Below are positions 31,601 through 41,500 of a DNA stretch of 64,000 nt, piece by piece. This DNA comes from Opitutales bacterium (GTDB lineage: Bacteria; Verrucomicrobiota; Verrucomicrobiia; Opitutales; UBA2987). The notes beneath the pieces are model-generated. The model was not told where the DNA came from, did not search any database, and saw nothing but the letters and a program-made list of their open reading frames with translations. The first letter of the stretch is position 1, and every line of letters begins with the position of its first letter. Position numbers and translations under genes: made by a program. The stretch spans positions 224,001-288,000 of the forward strand of contig CBDDEL010000015.1 in assembly GCA_965226885.1 (NCBI GenBank), given 5' to 3'.

Positions 31601-34600
31601 GCCCGCCAACTGGTTGAGGACCACGTCCACCCCCCGGCCTTCCGTAACCTCCAGAATTTCATCGGCAAAGTTAAGTGTGCGTGAATCGAATACATGCTCG
31701 ACCCCCTGGGAGCGAAGCAGATCGCGCTTTTGATCATTTCCCGCCGTGGCAAAGACTTCCGCCCCAACTTGTTGGGCGATTTGAATGGCCGCCTGGCCCA
31801 CTCCACCCGCTCCGGCATGAATGAGGATCATTTCGCCGGGCTGAAGCCGGGCCAGATGATTGAGGGCATAATGCGAGGTTAGGAAAACCACTGGCAGGGT
31901 GGCGGCCTCCTCAAAAGACAGGTGCTTTGGTTTGGAAAATATCAGCGCCTCATTGACGGTGGTGTAGGCACGGCAGCAATAGGGAGCCATTCCCACCACC
32001 TCGTCGCCGATTTTGAAGCGTTTGACGCCCTCGCCCACCGCCACGACCTTGCCAGTACATTCGTCGCCCAGCCACTTGAGGTCTTCACTTTGCCCCGGGT
32101 ACATGCCCAGAGCTTTCATCACATCGCGGAAATTCATGCCCACCGCGGCAACCTCGATTTCGATCTCTCCGCTCCCGGGGGTATTGCGACGCGTTTCCCT
32201 CAAGCAAAGGTTGCTGAGCACACCCGGGGTTGGTATTTCCAGCCGGTAGGGTAAAATTTCGTGGCCGTTTACGGCCTCTTTCAAGAGCTCGGGAAGTTCC
32301 TCCGGGGTGGGATTGGTCAAGCGGTTGCCATAACGCACCTGGCCCCTGTGCAGGGTCTCGAGTTCCTTGTCCTCCGAGCAGATTTCCTGGAAAACGATTC
32401 TCGCCCATTCCTTCGGCAGCGACGGATCGAGGTCGATCCCGGTCCAGGCAAATTCCTGCTGCTCATTGTTGGCAACTCTGGCAAATCCGAATAACGGGGT
32501 CGATGCGATGGAGGTGATTTCACCCATTGGGCCAAAAGATTGGGCGCCCTGGGTAATTAGCCAAACTCTCGGCTTTTCAGAAAATTCCTGGGCTGCCAGC
32601 GCCTGGCCAAGGTTCATTGCGCTGATGCAGCCGGTTTTTTGGGCTTCCCGCAGGGACTCGGCGGTGATCTCGGCGGAAGATGGATGATCGAGACTCCACA
32701 AATGAACCACACCGCGTAATCCTTTGGTGGCAACATCCATGGCCTCCATGATCTGGCGCATGTCATCGCCCGCATCGGGCCGAATGGTAAATTTTTGATC
32801 GTTTTGGCGGGCATAGGAATCGCCCGCGTAAACCAGGGCGCAGGGGCAACCGTTTCTTTCCAGCTTGCCGGCGATGGCTTCGCCAACTCCGCCGGAGTCG
32901 GCCATTATCAGCCAGGGTCCCTCCTTGCCGGAGAGCCGTTGGGCAGAGATTTCCTCCACCCGGTCGACCGTAATCTCCGGAACTTGCGCCAGAAAAACCG
33001 CTTGCTGCGCTTCTTCCTCGTCCATGCAATTGATGACCGATTTAACCTGGCAAAACCCGCTCTCCGATAATAAATCGCTCCACTTTTGCCGGGAAAGGAG
33101 GGCGCATTCTGGCCGAAGATCGGTATCCTCGTAATGCCACCAGCCTTTCATCAAACCGAAAACCTGGTCGAGTGAACGCAGGGATTTGGTCACTTCGAGG
33201 AACATCAAGAAGCCCCCGGAGGCCAGGCAGCGGCGCACATTGTGCAGGGTGCGCTTTAAGTCAACGGTGGCATGGAGGACGTTGGTGGCCAACACCAAGT
33301 CATAGGAATGAGGTTCGATCCCCTGGGTTGCGGGATCTTTTTCGATATCCAGAACAGTATAATCAACAAAATCATATTCTGTAAATTTCTGCCTGGCCTG
33401 AGAGGGGAATACCGGAGTGATGTCGGTAAAGGTGTATTGCGTTTTATCGGCCGGTAGAACAGGCAGGATCATCTCGGTCAAAGAACCGGTGCCTGCGCCG
33501 ATTTCCAGAATGCGGATTTTGCTGTTTTGCGGCAGCTTGGCCATGATGGCGGAAACTGATTTCTGGAGCAGTTCATTATAAGCGAGAAAATCCGCATCCT
33601 CTTTGTAAAAAGTTTCCAGCAAGGCAGCCGACTGGGGGGAAAAAATCAGTTGGAGCGGGTCCAGGCGGCCAGCCAGAACATCCGCCAGGTTGGCCCCGCA
33701 TTTCTTGAACAATGGAATCTGGGCATAAAAATCGGGGTACTGTTTGGCCAACGCATCGGCTGATTTTGCCGAATCGGGAGTATCCGGAATGATCCCTATT
33801 TCCCATTGGTCTCCCGGCAATGGCAGGAGGGCCCCTTCCTCGCTCAAAGCCTGCAAGAAGGCGTGCATCAGCCGGTCGTGCGTCTGCACGACCCCTAGGC
33901 TTTCCATGAGCCCTTCAACCGTTACCACATCACCCTTTTGCGGTTTCCAACCCAACTGAAGGAAACTATTTATGATCTGATAATAGCTCAATTTTTCCAG
34001 GGCGGGGAGGAACTCGCGGGCGTGTTTTCCTAATTGATATTGCTCGTAGAGCGGCTCGATTTCGGATTGGATGGTTTCGTAAACTTCATCCGGGCTGACT
34101 ATGGCGTGGGCGCCTTGGCGGATCGCGCTGCCCTGCAATCGGGACGGTTCCCATTTGAACTCATAGAGGCAGCTATCGAGGTCGTTTTCCTTTCTGGCCT
34201 CGCTTTGCTCCACACGCTGGCAGCGGAAGCCTTTGATCTCTGCGATCCGTATGCCCTTTTGGTCGTAAACCTGTATGTCAGAGGTTAAATCCTTGCCATT
34301 ATCGAAAAGAATATGGGCGTGGCTCCATATGCGCTGCTCAGGTTTGCGGAACAACCGGATGCGGTCCAATCCGACGGGCAGGTAAAAATTATCGGTGATA
34401 TCGCGATCATCTGGTAATTCCTGAGCCCGGCTGACACACTGAAAACAGGCGTCCAGCACAGCTGGATGGAAGAAATAGTCGTCTGAATTTTCAAAGATGA
34501 CATCGGGAATTTCAATCTCGCCGAGAGATTCTCCTGGGATTCTCCAGACATTCTGCAGGAGGGAAAAACAAACTCCGAACTGATAGCCAGCCTTGACCAT

Positions 34601-37600
34601 ATCTTCGTAAATAAGTTGGTGGCCAAATTTTTCCACCAATCGGGAACGAATTTTGCCCAAATCCGTTTTAAACTCTTTCTGCGGTGAAAGTTTTTGCAGA
34701 CGTCCCTGAGCATTTTGCTCCCAGATCAGAGTTGTTGCGCTTTCATCGGAACTATTGATTTCGAAGGAGGATTCTTTAGCGTCGCAGACAAATTGCAGGT
34801 TCCTGGAACTGTTGGATGCAAGAAAGAGCGCTTTCTCGAATTTGATGTCCTCAATCGAATAGGGTGTCTCGGCAAATAATTCATTGCCCGCGGCCAAGCC
34901 CATCTCGACATAGGCGGAAGCCGGGTAAACCAGCGAATCCCGCAAACGGTGGTCGTCCAGATAAGGATAGGCGGGAGGATAAAGAACGCATTTCCATGTC
35001 GGGTTGGGATCGCGCTGGCGAAGCCCTAAAAGGGGATGGGATTCCTCCTCCATGCGGTAGTCGAACGATTCACCGGATTCCAGCCAGAAGCGCTCGTGTT
35101 GCCAGGGATAGGTGGGCAGGCGGACATATTGGCCGTCTTTTCCATTCAATGTCTCCCAGTCGATGGGCAATCCAATGTTATATAGAGCGCCGAGCGAGTG
35201 CAACATTCTTTCCTGCTCCGGCTCTTTTCGGACTAGTGAGGGAAGAACGTAGCCTTTGGTTCCCACTTTGGCCATGCATTCCTGAATTGAGCTGGCCAGG
35301 GCCGGATGAGGGCCAAGTTCCAGAAATATCTTTTCCCCCTCCTCAATAATACCGCTGATGGCCGGACTAAAAAGGACGGTATTGCGAACATTCTGCCACC
35401 AATAGCCGGCATCCAATGAGGTTCCCTCCAGCAGCCCGCCGGTGACTGTGGATATAAAAGGAAGATTGCCCGCATGAGGTTCGATATCCGCCAGGGATTC
35501 CCTCAATTCCTCCACGATGGGATCCATCTGATGGGTATGGAAAGCGTAATCGATGCGCAACCAGCGTATGAATACCTGCTCCTTTTCAAGGGGCGCGATC
35601 ATGTTTTCGAGAATTTCGGTATCCCCTGCCATGGTAACCATGCTGGGGCTGTTGACCACCGCCACGGCGACCTGGTCTTCAAATCCGCTGATGACTTCGG
35701 CAGCCTTTTCCTGGGAAAGACCCACCCCCACCATGCGGCCTTTGCCTCCGGTTGTATTTTGCAGACGGCTGCGATGATAAATGATTTTTACGGCGTCTTC
35801 CAGGGTGTAAATTCCGGCCCAATAAGCGGCCGCTACCTCTCCCACGCTATGACCGATAATCTGCCCCGGCTCAATCCCTCGCGAGCGCCAAAGCTCGGCC
35901 AGGCCCACCTGCAAGGCAAAAATCGCAGGCTGGGCGATATCCGTGCGATTGATATTGGAATCCGCTTCCGGCTTGCACATCTCCTCCAGCAGCGACCAAT
36001 TGCCGAGCTTTTGTATCAAGATATCGATTTTTTTCAGGGTCCGGCGAAAAACAGGCTCTGTTTTGATTAATTCCTGGCCCATGCCCCACCATTGCGGGCC
36101 CTGGCCGGTAAAAACGAAGACTATCTGCGGTATTTCCGGGGAGGCCCGCCCGATTTCAATTCCGGCCACTTCCTTTTCCCCCGCGCTCCATGCCTTTAAC
36201 CGGGCGGTAATTTCATCCATGCTGGAACCGATTACGGCCAGCCGGTGTTCGTGATGGTTTTTGCGCAATGAAGCGGTGTGGATGACATCGCCCAGATTGA
36301 GGGCGGTCTCCTTCGCCTCCTGATGGTCCGAAAGAAAATCGGCCATCCCCTTAACTACTGCTTTGAGGGAATCGTCCGTATTGCCGGACAAAGGCAGCAA
36401 AACCGGTTGCTTCCGCCTTCTTTTCCGTTTCGCTCCGCCGTCGTGTTGGAGCGCTTCCGCCGGCCGTTCGGACAGAACGATATGAGCATTGGTGCCGCCA
36501 AAACCGAATGAGTTGACAGCGGCCACAGCGGGCTCTTCGGTTTCGGGCAATGGCTCCGCCTCCAGCGGCACCCTCAGGTGCAGCTCCTCGAAGGGAATGT
36601 TGGGGTTGGGAGTCTCAAAATTCAAATTGGGGGGAATGATCCGGTGGTGGAGAACCAATGCGGCCTTGATCAGCCCGGCCACGCCGGAACCTGATTCGAG
36701 ATGGCCGACATTGGTTTTGACGGAACCGATAACACAAAAGTCGTTTTCCGCCCGGCCGCGGCTAAGGACATTGCCCAAGGCCCGCACTTCGATGGGGTCG
36801 CCCACCGGCGTGCCGGTTCCATGAGCTTCCATGTAATTAACCCGGCTGGGAGAGATGCCGGCTTGCTCATAGGCCTCCTCAAGCATCTGCGACTGCGATT
36901 CCAGACCCGGCACCGTCATGGCATTGGTACGCCCGTCCTGGTTGATGACGGTGGCATGAATTACGGCATAGACCGGATCCTTTTCCGCCAAGGCCCGCGA
37001 TAGGGGTTTGATGACGAGCATGCCGGCGCCTTCACCGCGTACGTAGCCATTGGCGCGGGCGTCGAAGGCGAAACATTTGCCGCTCGGCGAAAGCATGGAT
37101 GCCTTGCTGAAACCGATGAACGCATCGGGCATCAGAAGGGCGTTGACGCCGCCCGCCAGGGCAGTGTCGCACTGCCCGTCCCATAAACTGCGGCAGGCCA
37201 GGTTGACGGCCACCAGGGCGGAGGAGCAAGCCGTGTCCACCGATATACTGGGCCCCTTGAAATTGAAAAGGTAGGAAATACGGTTGGAAGCAATGCTCAG
37301 AGTGCTGCCGCTATTGGTGTGCACATCCACATCGGCGGGGCTTTTCATCTGAATATTGGCGTAATCGTTGCTGGCGATTCCGACAAATACCCCGGTACGA
37401 GTGCCGGACAGTTTTTCGGGCGGCTGCCCACCGTCTTCGAGGGCTTCCCAGGCAACCTCCAGGAGCCACCTTTGCTGGGGGTCCATGCGAAGCGCTTCGC
37501 GCGGGGATATTCCAAAAAAACGGGCGTCGAACATTTCGACATTGTCGATAAATCCGCCCCACCGGGTGATCATTTTGCCTGGAATCTGCGGATTGGGATC

Positions 37601-37759
37601 ATAATAACGATCGACATTCCAGCGGTCCTCGGGAACGACCCGGATGGCATCCTTGCCAGCCATTAAATTATTCCAGAATGTCGTCGGATGGTTGGCCCCG
37701 CCGGGCAGCCGGCAGCCAATACCGATGATGGCCAGGGGTTCTTTCCCTTTGCCCGTCAT
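25625..37759 (-). CDS. Hybrid highly reducing PKS-NRPS: KS-AT-DH-cMT-ER-KR-ACP-C-A-T plus acyl-ACP-reductase-like terminal domain
   Basis: KS DTACSS/HGTGT/GHLE; AT GHSVG, YAFH; DH HxxxDxxxxP, DACFQ; MT LEIGAGTG, NVLH; ER IHAGAGGVG; KR TGGLGG, LDD, YASAN; ACP GLDSL; C HHIVSD; A YTSGSTGQPKG, YGPTE; T GGDSL; tail TTGHATT, VGLGSIG, GCILSSLL. Confidence 0.96.
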   Translation of the reverse strand: MTGKGKEPLAIIGIGCRLPGGANHPTTFWNNLMAGKDAIRVVPEDRWNVDRYYDPNPQIPGKMITRWGGFIDNVEMFDARFFGISPREALRMDPQQRWLLEVAWEALEDGGQPPEKLSGTRTGVFVGIASNDYANIQMKSPADVDVHTNSGSTLSIASNRISYLFNFKGPSISVDTACSSALVAVNLACRSLWDGQCDTALAGGVNALLMPDAFIGFSKASMLSPSGKCFAFDARANGYVRGEGAGMLVIKPLSRALAEKDPVYAVIHATVINQDGRTNAMTVPGLESQSQMLEEAYEQAGISPSRVNYMEAHGTGTPVGDPIEVRALGNVLSRGRAENDFCVIGSVKTNVGHLESGSGVAGLIKAALVLHHRIIPPNLNFETPNPNIPFEELHLRVPLEAEPLPETEEPAVAAVNSFGFGGTNAHIVLSERPAEALQHDGGAKRKRRRKQPVLLPLSGNTDDSLKAVVKGMADFLSDHQEAKETALNLGDVIHTASLRKNHHEHRLAVIGSSMDEITARLKAWSAGEKEVAGIEIGRASPEIPQIVFVFTGQGPQWWGMGQELIKTEPVFRRTLKKIDILIQKLGNWSLLEEMCKPEADSNINRTDIAQPAIFALQVGLAELWRSRGIEPGQIIGHSVGEVAAAYWAGIYTLEDAVKIIYHRSRLQNTTGGKGRMVGVGLSQEKAAEVISGFEDQVAVAVVNSPSMVTMAGDTEILENMIAPLEKEQVFIRWLRIDYAFHTHQMDPIVEELRESLADIEPHAGNLPFISTVTGGLLEGTSLDAGYWWQNVRNTVLFSPAISGIIEEGEKIFLELGPHPALASSIQECMAKVGTKGYVLPSLVRKEPEQERMLHSLGALYNIGLPIDWETLNGKDGQYVRLPTYPWQHERFWLESGESFDYRMEEESHPLLGLRQRDPNPTWKCVLYPPAYPYLDDHRLRDSLVYPASAYVEMGLAAGNELFAETPYSIEDIKFEKALFLASNSSRNLQFVCDAKESSFEINSSDESATTLIWEQNAQGRLQKLSPQKEFKTDLGKIRSRLVEKFGHQLIYEDMVKAGYQFGVCFSLLQNVWRIPGESLGEIEIPDVIFENSDDYFFHPAVLDACFQCVSRAQELPDDRDITDNFYLPVGLDRIRLFRKPEQRIWSHAHILFDNGKDLTSDIQVYDQKGIRIAEIKGFRCQRVEQSEARKENDLDSCLYEFKWEPSRLQGSAIRQGAHAIVSPDEVYETIQSEIEPLYEQYQLGKHAREFLPALEKLSYYQIINSFLQLGWKPQKGDVVTVEGLMESLGVVQTHDRLMHAFLQALSEEGALLPLPGDQWEIGIIPDTPDSAKSADALAKQYPDFYAQIPLFKKCGANLADVLAGRLDPLQLIFSPQSAALLETFYKEDADFLAYNELLQKSVSAIMAKLPQNSKIRILEIGAGTGSLTEMILPVLPADKTQYTFTDITPVFPSQARQKFTEYDFVDYTVLDIEKDPATQGIEPHSYDLVLATNVLHATVDLKRTLHNVRRCLASGGFLMFLEVTKSLRSLDQVFGLMKGWWHYEDTDLRPECALLSRQKWSDLLSESGFCQVKSVINCMDEEEAQQAVFLAQVPEITVDRVEEISAQRLSGKEGPWLIMADSGGVGEAIAGKLERNGCPCALVYAGDSYARQNDQKFTIRPDAGDDMRQIMEAMDVATKGLRGVVHLWSLDHPSSAEITAESLREAQKTGCISAMNLGQALAAQEFSEKPRVWLITQGAQSFGPMGEITSIASTPLFGFARVANNEQQEFAWTGIDLDPSLPKEWARIVFQEICSEDKELETLHRGQVRYGNRLTNPTPEELPELLKEAVNGHEILPYRLEIPTPGVLSNLCLRETRRNTPGSGEIEIEVAAVGMNFRDVMKALGMYPGQSEDLKWLGDECTGKVVAVGEGVKRFKIGDEVVGMAPYCCRAYTTVNEALIFSKPKHLSFEEAATLPVVFLTSHYALNHLARLQPGEMILIHAGAGGVGQAAIQIAQQVGAEVFATAGNDQKRDLLRSQGVEHVFDSRTLNFADEILEVTEGRGVDVVLNQLAGDFIQRSFSVLAPYGRFLEIGKIDIYSNTKIGLEPFKDNISYFAIDLASFLKDRPYFITSMLSELAELFNEKKLRPLPLKSFSICETEKAFRYMAQAKHIGKNVLSMQVESIPVRPSLQADRLFRGDATYLITGGLGGFCLEVARWMVEYGAQNLVLMGRSGASTDLARDTIAELQAKGVRVEVVSADVTRQEDIARVLKLIETDMPPLRGLIHGAMVLDDDWIIQLTPERFNKVLEPKMIGAWNLHTLTLDLALEHFILFSSASSMIGGSGQGNYASANFFLDAIANYRKALGLPALAMNWGALSEAGYVARNEKVAKYLDKLGLESFTPSEALSIFARVLPKNSAQLGASRINWTGLARLNPATASSLTYAKMVNKEKKADSAYGDAYSFRPKVIAATPAERLPMVADYICEQVAQVFGTTAAQIDRDTPLTQIGLDSLMAIELMNRLETNLGINLPMGQFLQGPNIIELATPVLELILQKAGEDSTNETETSESSGMPTVERSEEEETVFSLSEGQRALWFLNRLAPHSPAYNLIFSSKITPYVDISVMKRAFAALFQRHPMLDVTFSDETGQPLQTLRKNRTIDFREHDTTHLSKEKIKELLVEHANQPFDLKKGPVIRLELFRTADQSHITLLSMHHIVSDAWSVALLMQDLMESYFALKSGLTHKLEELPYRYSDYVNWQQTLLKGPQKEKLLRYWKDQMQGAPLVLDLPTDHARPPVQSFNGSTHGFKLDDRLSRRVDTLAKSNNVTLYTTLLSAFQVLLHRYCNQDDLIVGSPFAGRRLKEFHEVVGFFINPVPIRSRVVDDPSFNEYLNQMSDSVVAAIEHQEHPVSHLVDALKVKRDPSRSPIFQVTFSMERIPGVDEQGIAVFLIGQGGHNFKVGDISVESIDLNLRQAQFEISLVVEEAGGHIYGCWQYNRDLFEPATIDRLNGLYKQILEEVVVHPEKKISELSFLSRDEEKIILEEWNHTELEYPEDKCLHQLVTEHAEHNPNRTAVTSAGKSLTYGELNRRANGLALKLRSQGIDVDCPVGLYVDRSVEMLIAALGILKAGGCYVPLDPAFPQHRIRQMLEDANPSVVVTQGHLQESLPEGGWSLLAVENTGAARKGPVVANSPDSLAYIIYTSGSTGQPKGVEIPHRAVVNFLSSMRETPGLITDDTLLAVTTLSFDISVLELFLPLVAEAQVVIATREEATDGRRLSMLLEEYAVTTMQATPATWQMLLDSGWNGKHDLRVFCGGEALPRELAESLLPSTRAVWNLYGPTETTIWSTVDKVDSQPGSVPIGRPIANTTIYILDDNHNALPPGFTGNLYIGGNGLARGYHNQPDLTAEKFIELQLPNGKKERVYQTGDLARFLPDGKIDFLGRGDTQIKLRGYRIELEDIETHLRSHSKVDQAVVVKRGDMPGGDSLVAYIIANDPSEGLTSELRSHLTELLPDYMRPAAYVLLDNFPLTANKKIDRLALPAPQIVRVELQAAYTAPQTPTEKILVDILNKAFSSEEVGITDNFFDLGGDSLLALQLLTEISQVFNRQFPVEVFLRNPTVEYLARYLDTIPDDREIAAGSAFNGNGSYMDNMAEEIANSEYLNLEVVEGFNGDRDSLPQVDAVALAYIPDAFLPLTGLSKDDIAHNWLHDRSFISNIYETPYGRIGLVMLPRLGSELYKNQTLLGDQIMQSLEIAKNMGAKKVSLTGLIPSATNYGLQVTDLIDGRTDLPIITTGHATTTATIIKSMEGLLTLAERSLEEESVAIVGLGSIGYATMRLMLEVLPHPKEFILCDLYQKIDSLEGIRRKLVEELGFDGKIKLEPTRGRLPDAVYRASFILGATNVPGILDVNRLRPGTLIVDDSFPPCFHTLDAIQRIESEHDILFTTGGLIRLQKEVKETIFLPSGAVERIEELGGNRLLSLVGRDPREMTGCILSSLLTGRKPDIRPTLGPVKLEDSLAHYKLLHTLDLESARPQCEGYFISPESIERFKETTSSDPTISDPLHGV

Positions 37760-37972
37760 ACGGATGCCCTCCGCCGTTGTTGGCCGCTCGGGGTAATCGA
37801 GGCAAGCCCTTTCCGGAAAGAAAATTTGTGTTCAATCAAGTCAATCATACCGTGATAAGGGGATATCTTAATGAATAAGGCCATAAGCAATGTCTAGCCA
37901 AAACATGGGACTAAAAATAGAGGTTCGGGGTCGTTCAAATGATGCAAAATATTCGTTGGGAAAGTCCCTCGG

Positions 37973-38010
37973 CTTTGTCAAGAGCGCTGTTCTTTGTCAA
38001 GAGCGCTGTT
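37973..38010. repeat. 19-bp tandem duplication CTTTGTCAAGAGCGCTGTT x2
   Basis: Read directly; lies upstream of the PKS-NRPS. Confidence 0.95.
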
Positions 38011-38378
38011 CTGGGAAAAAGGATAATATTTTTGCCGTTTCCGGCGGGTGCAGCTGCTAAACGGATAATCTGAAAGGATCATATTTGTGTGTTGGCAGAT
38101 ATTCCGGGTTTCGTTTAAGAAAGGTTTGGAGAGCGAATAATTCTTTGTTGAAAATCGTAAGGAACCCGGACAAATTCCCTGAATACTTGCATATCATAGA
38201 GTTGAAGAATAGTACCGATGGCCCCTTTGTCAATTATTTCGTTGCCCCTGAACGCATAGGTGCCATACCGATTGTTGGTCTCATTTGGCGTTTGTTTCCA
38301 TTTCGATATTTGATCGCTGGCCGCTAATTTATACCCAAACCCTCACTTTTCTCTCTAAGGAATGGGCCTCAATTTTAT

Positions 38379-38395
38379 AGCAAAAAACGTGCCCA
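38379..38395 (-). promoter_or_regulatory. Putative sigma54 (-24/-12) promoter facing the PKS-NRPS
   Basis: Minus strand TGGGCACGTTTTTTGCT: GG-N10-GC with GGCACG and TTGCT half-sites. Confidence 0.5.
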
Positions 38396-38502
38396 TAAGT
38401 GGAATTGAAGAAGAAATTGGGGCCTGTAGGGCCGGATTCCGTTGTTGACCGCCCAGATGCGATTCCGTAACGAATTAAATAACATCCAGTATCCCCAGCG
38501 CC

Positions 38503-41500
38503 ATGAAATTAACCGAGATCGCCATTAAAGAAAACCGTTTGACCCTGACGCTGGCCGTTTTCGTCGTTCTCGGCGGGTTGATAGCCTTGTTTAACCTGCC
38601 AAGGTCCGAAGATCCCAAAATTCCTTTCCGATTCGCCCTTGTGACCACTATTTACCCCGGCGCTTCAGCCGAGCGAATGGAAAACCTGGTCTCCAGAAAA
38701 ATCGAGGAAGCGGTCAAAGAGGTGCCTGAAGTCGAATTCGTCAACAGTCTTTCCCGCCGCAACGCTTCGGGGGTCCTCATAAAGCTGAAGGATGATTACA
38801 AAGACTTGCGACCCATTTGGGATCGCTTGCGGAGGAAGATCGAGCGGGTAGGCAATGACTTTCCCGACGGTGTCAGGGGGCCATTTTTTAACGATGAATA
38901 TGGCGAGGTATTCGGCATCATAGTTACTATCTCCAGTCGAAATCTTCATTACCGTGAGATCAAGAATGCGATCGATGCCTTGCACCAGCGATTGCTCGGG
39001 CTTTCACAGGTATCCAAGGTGATCGAGCTTGGCCAACGGGAGGAACGGATCACCATTACCTACGACGATGCGGAGATGGCCGAGGCCGGGCTTTCCCCCT
39101 TCCATTTCAAATCCTACCTGGAGGCGCAAAACGTTATCGCTCCGGGTGGCGGCCTCCTGGAAGGCCGCAAACGCATCGCGACCGAACCGGCCAGCGATTT
39201 GGAAAACCTGTCAGACATCGAGAACCTCTATGTGGCTTTCCCAGAAGACGAAGACGCCTTTAGCCTGGGCGAACTAGTGGATGTCACCAGCGGATTCAAA
39301 GACCCTCCCGACAGCTTGTTGCGATCTTCAGGAGTTCCCGCCATCGGTCTTGGGATTTCCCTGCGGGAAGGAGGAAACATTGAAAAGCTGGGTCGCCAGG
39401 TTCAGATGGCGGTGGACGATTTTTCCAGTTCTACCATCGAAGGATTGCAATTCGACTACGTGGCCTTCGAGCCGGAACGGGTAAAAAAGCGGATCAACAG
39501 GTTCTTCATCAATCTTCTGCAAAGCCTGCTCATTGTGGGAATCATTCTCATGGTCACCCTGGGGCTGCGCACTGGCTCGGTCGTAGCCAGCATGATGCCG
39601 CTGGCAGTTCTGGCCGCCCTCTGCGTAATGCTCGCCGTCGGCCTCAATATCAACCTGGTGGCGCTTGCCGCATTTATCGTCGTGCTGGGCATCATGGTGG
39701 ACACCCATATCGTAATTTCGGAACGCATCATGGTCCTGCGGGGGCAAGGCATGTCCGCCCTGGACGCCGCCACCACCACGACAAGCGAGCTTTATCCCCC
39801 CTTGCTGACGGCCACCTTTACCACCGTAGCGGGATTTTTGCCCATCTATGTGGCCAATTCGACTGGCGGCGAATACGTCACGCCCCTCTTCACGATTGTT
39901 ATGATCACCTTGTTTTGCTCGACGTTTTTCGCCTTCACCATTACGCCGGCGCTCTCCATCAAATTCTTCAAGGTAAACCCGGACGGCCATAAACCGCTCA
40001 CCGAAAAGCCCATTTACAAGGTTTACCATAAAATACTTTTGTTTCTGCTGCCGCGGCCCTTTCTTGTCCTGACAACCCTCGCGGTAGTGTTTTCATTATC
40101 GATCTACGGTTTTCGATTTATTCCCACTATATTTTTTCCTGCTTCAGACAGACCCATATTTACGGTCGATCTCGAATTTCCAGCCGGAACGGTCATTGAG
40201 CAGACCGAGCAGGCTGCCGCCAAAATCGATCAATTTGTCCGGGAAAACCTGCTCGTTGAGCAAAATGACGGAGTGGGCATCACCAATTGGGTATCCTTCA
40301 TCGGCCGCAATGCCCCGCGTTTCATTCTCAATCATCGAACGCGCGAGTATAATCCCGAATACGCCTACTTTATTTTCAATATCACCTCCACGGATGATTT
40401 TACCTGGCTGCGGTCGAAGCTGGACGCGTTTTGCGCAGAAAACATGGCGGACGGCCAATACCGCATCCGCCGCATCGAGGCGGGCCCGGCCGTCGGTTTT
40501 CCCATCCGGGTCCATATTTCCGGCGAAAATCAGGAGGGCATGTTCGCTATCGCGGAGGAAATCCAGGAGGAAATGGGAAAACTGCCGGGGGTCTTCAACA
40601 TCAACAATAATTGGGGCGCTCCCATCAAAAAATATCGCGTCGTTATCGAAGAGGAGGCCGCCGGGCTGGCCGGGGTAACGCATGGCGAAATCGCCATGGC
40701 CTTGCAAACCTACCTGACGGGCATACCGGTCACTGAAATCCAACAGGGAAAAGACAGCATCCCCATCATCATTCAATCGTCGGTGCAAGGCGCCGATGCA
40801 TTGGAAAAAATCAACGCCCTCCAGGTTTACTCAAGTATCTACAAACGATCGGTGCCGCTGAATGAGGTGGCCGCCATGGTCGAAGTTTATGAATCGGCCA
40901 ACATCATGCGGCGGGAATTCCGGCGCACCGTCACGGTCAGGGCGGATGTCGAGCCGGGCCTCAATCCGAAAAAAGTAGACCGCGCCCTGGAAAAATTCAT
41001 GGAGCAAAAAAAACCGCAATGGGCCGATGCATTTTATGTTCGGCTGGGGGGCGAAGGTACCGAATCGGCCAAGGCCAACCTTTCCATCCTCAAAAACGTC
41101 CACTGGGCATTCTTTATCATTCTGCTCCTTCTGGTTAAGCAAACCCGCTCCTTTCGCCGCTCCTTCATTATAATGAGCGCGGTGCCCATGGGCATCATCG
41201 GGGTGGTCTTCGGGCTTTTGGTCACCCGCCAGCCATTTGGATTCACCACCCTGATCGGCATCGTCTCCTTGACCGGCATCGTGGTGAACAACGCCATCAT
41301 CCTGATCGACCGCATTCGCATCAACACGGGGAAAGGTGAATTATGCGCCCAGGAGTGCATTGTGGAAGCCGCCCTCGACCGAATGCGCCCCATCCTCTTA
41401 ACCACCATAACCACCGTGGGCGGGATTATGCCCCTTTATCTGAGGGGAAACCCAACCTGGCAAGGCATGGCCGTGGCCATCATTTTCGGCCTCCTTTTCG

